A DNA stretch of 64,000 bases, taken from positions 1-64,000 of the IMG/VR virus record IMGVR_UViG_3300031669_003759; one strand, given 5' to 3'. Every line of letters begins with the position of its first letter. Positions within the stretch are counted from its first letter, which is position 1. The notes under the pieces are model-generated. The model had not been told where the DNA came from and did no database searches. It saw only the letters and a list, made by a program, of their open reading frames with translations. The translations under genes and the position numbers were made by a program. Positions 62,605-64,000 of this stretch are shown piece after piece. The DNA is from an uncultured virus (IMG/VR IMGVR_UViG_3300031669_003759). Taxonomy: Duplodnaviria; Heunggongvirae; Uroviricota; Caudoviricetes.

Positions 62605-64000
62605 ATGGCAAAGCAAAAAAAGAAAGATAAAACTAAGGTTGACTCTGTAGATCAACTAATAGTAAACATCCAGAAAGAGTACGGAAGGACAGCTATACGC
62701 CGAATGAACGATAAATCAATTATAAAGGTAGATACAATTTCTACTGGGTCCATACTGGTTGATGAAGCCTTGGGAATAGGGGGATTCCCCCGTGGAAGGC
62801 TCGTAGAGGTATTCGGACCTGAAGGATCTGGAAAAGCACAGCCACTAGATGCAAAAATCCTAACGCCTATTGGGTGGAAAACTATGGGCGACATTCGCCC
62901 AGGCGATCTTATAATTGCGGCAGATGGCAATTCGGCTGTTGTCAGCGTGACATTTCCACAAGGTAAAAAAGACATATTTGAAATAGTTTTTTCAGATGGA
63001 AGTAAAACTGAATGTTGTAAAGACCACCTATGGACGGTACAAACTTGGGAGGACAAACAAAACAATTTATGGAGAATTTTGCCGTTATGCGAAATAGTGA
63101 AGGACTTCAAACTAAGCGACAGATTAAAGTATATGATTCCATTAGTAGATCCCGTAACGTTTAGTAAGCAGGAAAAAGAATTACCATTAGATCCATACAT
63201 TTTAGGAATGCTCCTCGGTAACGGGAGTTTTTCGCAAGGAAGTACTATAAAATTTTCTACAGCGGATGCTGAACTGGTAACTTCATTACAAACATTTGCT
63301 AAACAAACTAAATTGAAAGTAAAGAAAATAGGTAAGAGTAAATATGATTACACAATTAGTAAAATTAAAAGGGGCCATAATAAATCGTGGCTAACAAAAA
63401 CACTAGAAAAGCTTGGGTTGCATGGGCTACGATCTCACGAAAAGTTTATCCCTATAGAATACTTATATGCGTCAATCCAAGATAGAATGGCGATACTCCA
63501 AGGATTATTGGACACTGACGGGTCTATTAGTAACGGACACCGTATGGTAGAGTTTGTTACAACAAGTAGATTACTTGCTGAAGGTGTGCAACATTTGGTA
63601 CAAAGTCTAGGGGGTAAAACGGGCATATCGACTAAACAGACACATTATACCTACGCAGGAAATACATTATCAGGAAAACCTGCATATAGAATGTCCATAC
63701 TAGCACCAAGAAACATAGCGTTATTTAGACTAACACGTAAATTACACAAATCTAAAATTTGTAAACAATTAGACTATCGAAGCAGGTGGATAGCAGGCAT
63801 AAATTACATTGGTAAAAAAGAAGCCAAATGTATTTATGTAGATCACCCAGACCACCTGTACGTAACTAACGACTTTATCGTTACGCACAACACCACGTTA
63901 TCACTGCATTGTATCGCAGAGGCGCAAAAATTAGGAGGAGAGGCACTATTTATAGACGCTGAACATGCGTTTGATCCGACTTTAGCTCAAAAGATCGGGG
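62605..64000 (+). CDS. recA: RecA recombinase with intein (partial, runs off window end)
   Basis: Manual translation: [33 protein letters not shown] | intein | [29 protein letters not shown]. Confidence 0.93.
   Translation, partial: MAKQKKKDKTKVDSVDQLIVNIQKEYGRTAIRRMNDKSIIKVDTISTGSILVDEALGIGGFPRGRLVEVFGPEGSGKAQPLDAKILTPIGWKTMGDIRPGDLIIAADGNSAVVSVTFPQGKKDIFEIVFSDGSKTECCKDHLWTVQTWEDKQNNLWRILPLCEIVKDFKLSDRLKYMIPLVDPVTFSKQEKELPLDPYILGMLLGNGSFSQGSTIKFSTADAELVTSLQTFAKQTKLKVKKIGKSKYDYTISKIKRGHNKSWLTKTLEKLGLHGLRSHEKFIPIEYLYASIQDRMAILQGLLDTDGSISNGHRMVEFVTTSRLLAEGVQHLVQSLGGKTGISTKQTHYTYAGNTLSGKPAYRMSILAPRNIALFRLTRKLHKSKICKQLDYRSRWIAGINYIGKKEAKCIYVDHPDHLYVTNDFIVTHNTTLSLHCIAEAQKLGGEALFIDAEHAFDPTLAQKIG
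62836..63891 (+). mobile_element. class 3 intein with LAGLIDADG domain (352 aa) in the RecA P-loop
   Basis: Starts [19 protein letters not shown] and VTHN|T give the W-C-T triad; motifs LGMLLGNGS and [10 protein letters not shown]. Confidence 0.88.

Overview
This window is part of a large tailed (HK97-type) bacteriophage genome, read in the standard genetic code, with sigma70-like promoters and Shine-Dalgarno sites. It has two divergent arms that meet in a hairpin- and repeat-rich non-coding region (about 25.9-26.7 kb), a candidate origin. The left arm (minus strand) holds head and packaging genes (major capsid, scaffold, maturation protease, portal, large terminase), lysis-type genes including an intein-containing amidase, a DNA methyltransferase and homing endonucleases. 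The right arm (plus strand) starts with a non-autonomous IsrB/omegaRNA element that appears inserted between an RBS and its start codon. It then carries a ~25 kb glycan-building cluster: about 14 soluble glycosyltransferases, 5 methyltransferases, RmlB, a DegT aminotransferase and WecB, with no flippase, polymerase or priming transferase seen. ThyX, DUF3310, RuvC and two HNH endonucleases are interleaved with it. A replication module follows: SF2 helicase, loader, DnaB, a stand-alone primase zinc finger, a sigma-like/poly-Glu/wHTH ORF, a UDG-PolA fusion and RecA with a class 3 intein. All calls come from motif recognition by eye; no database search was run.
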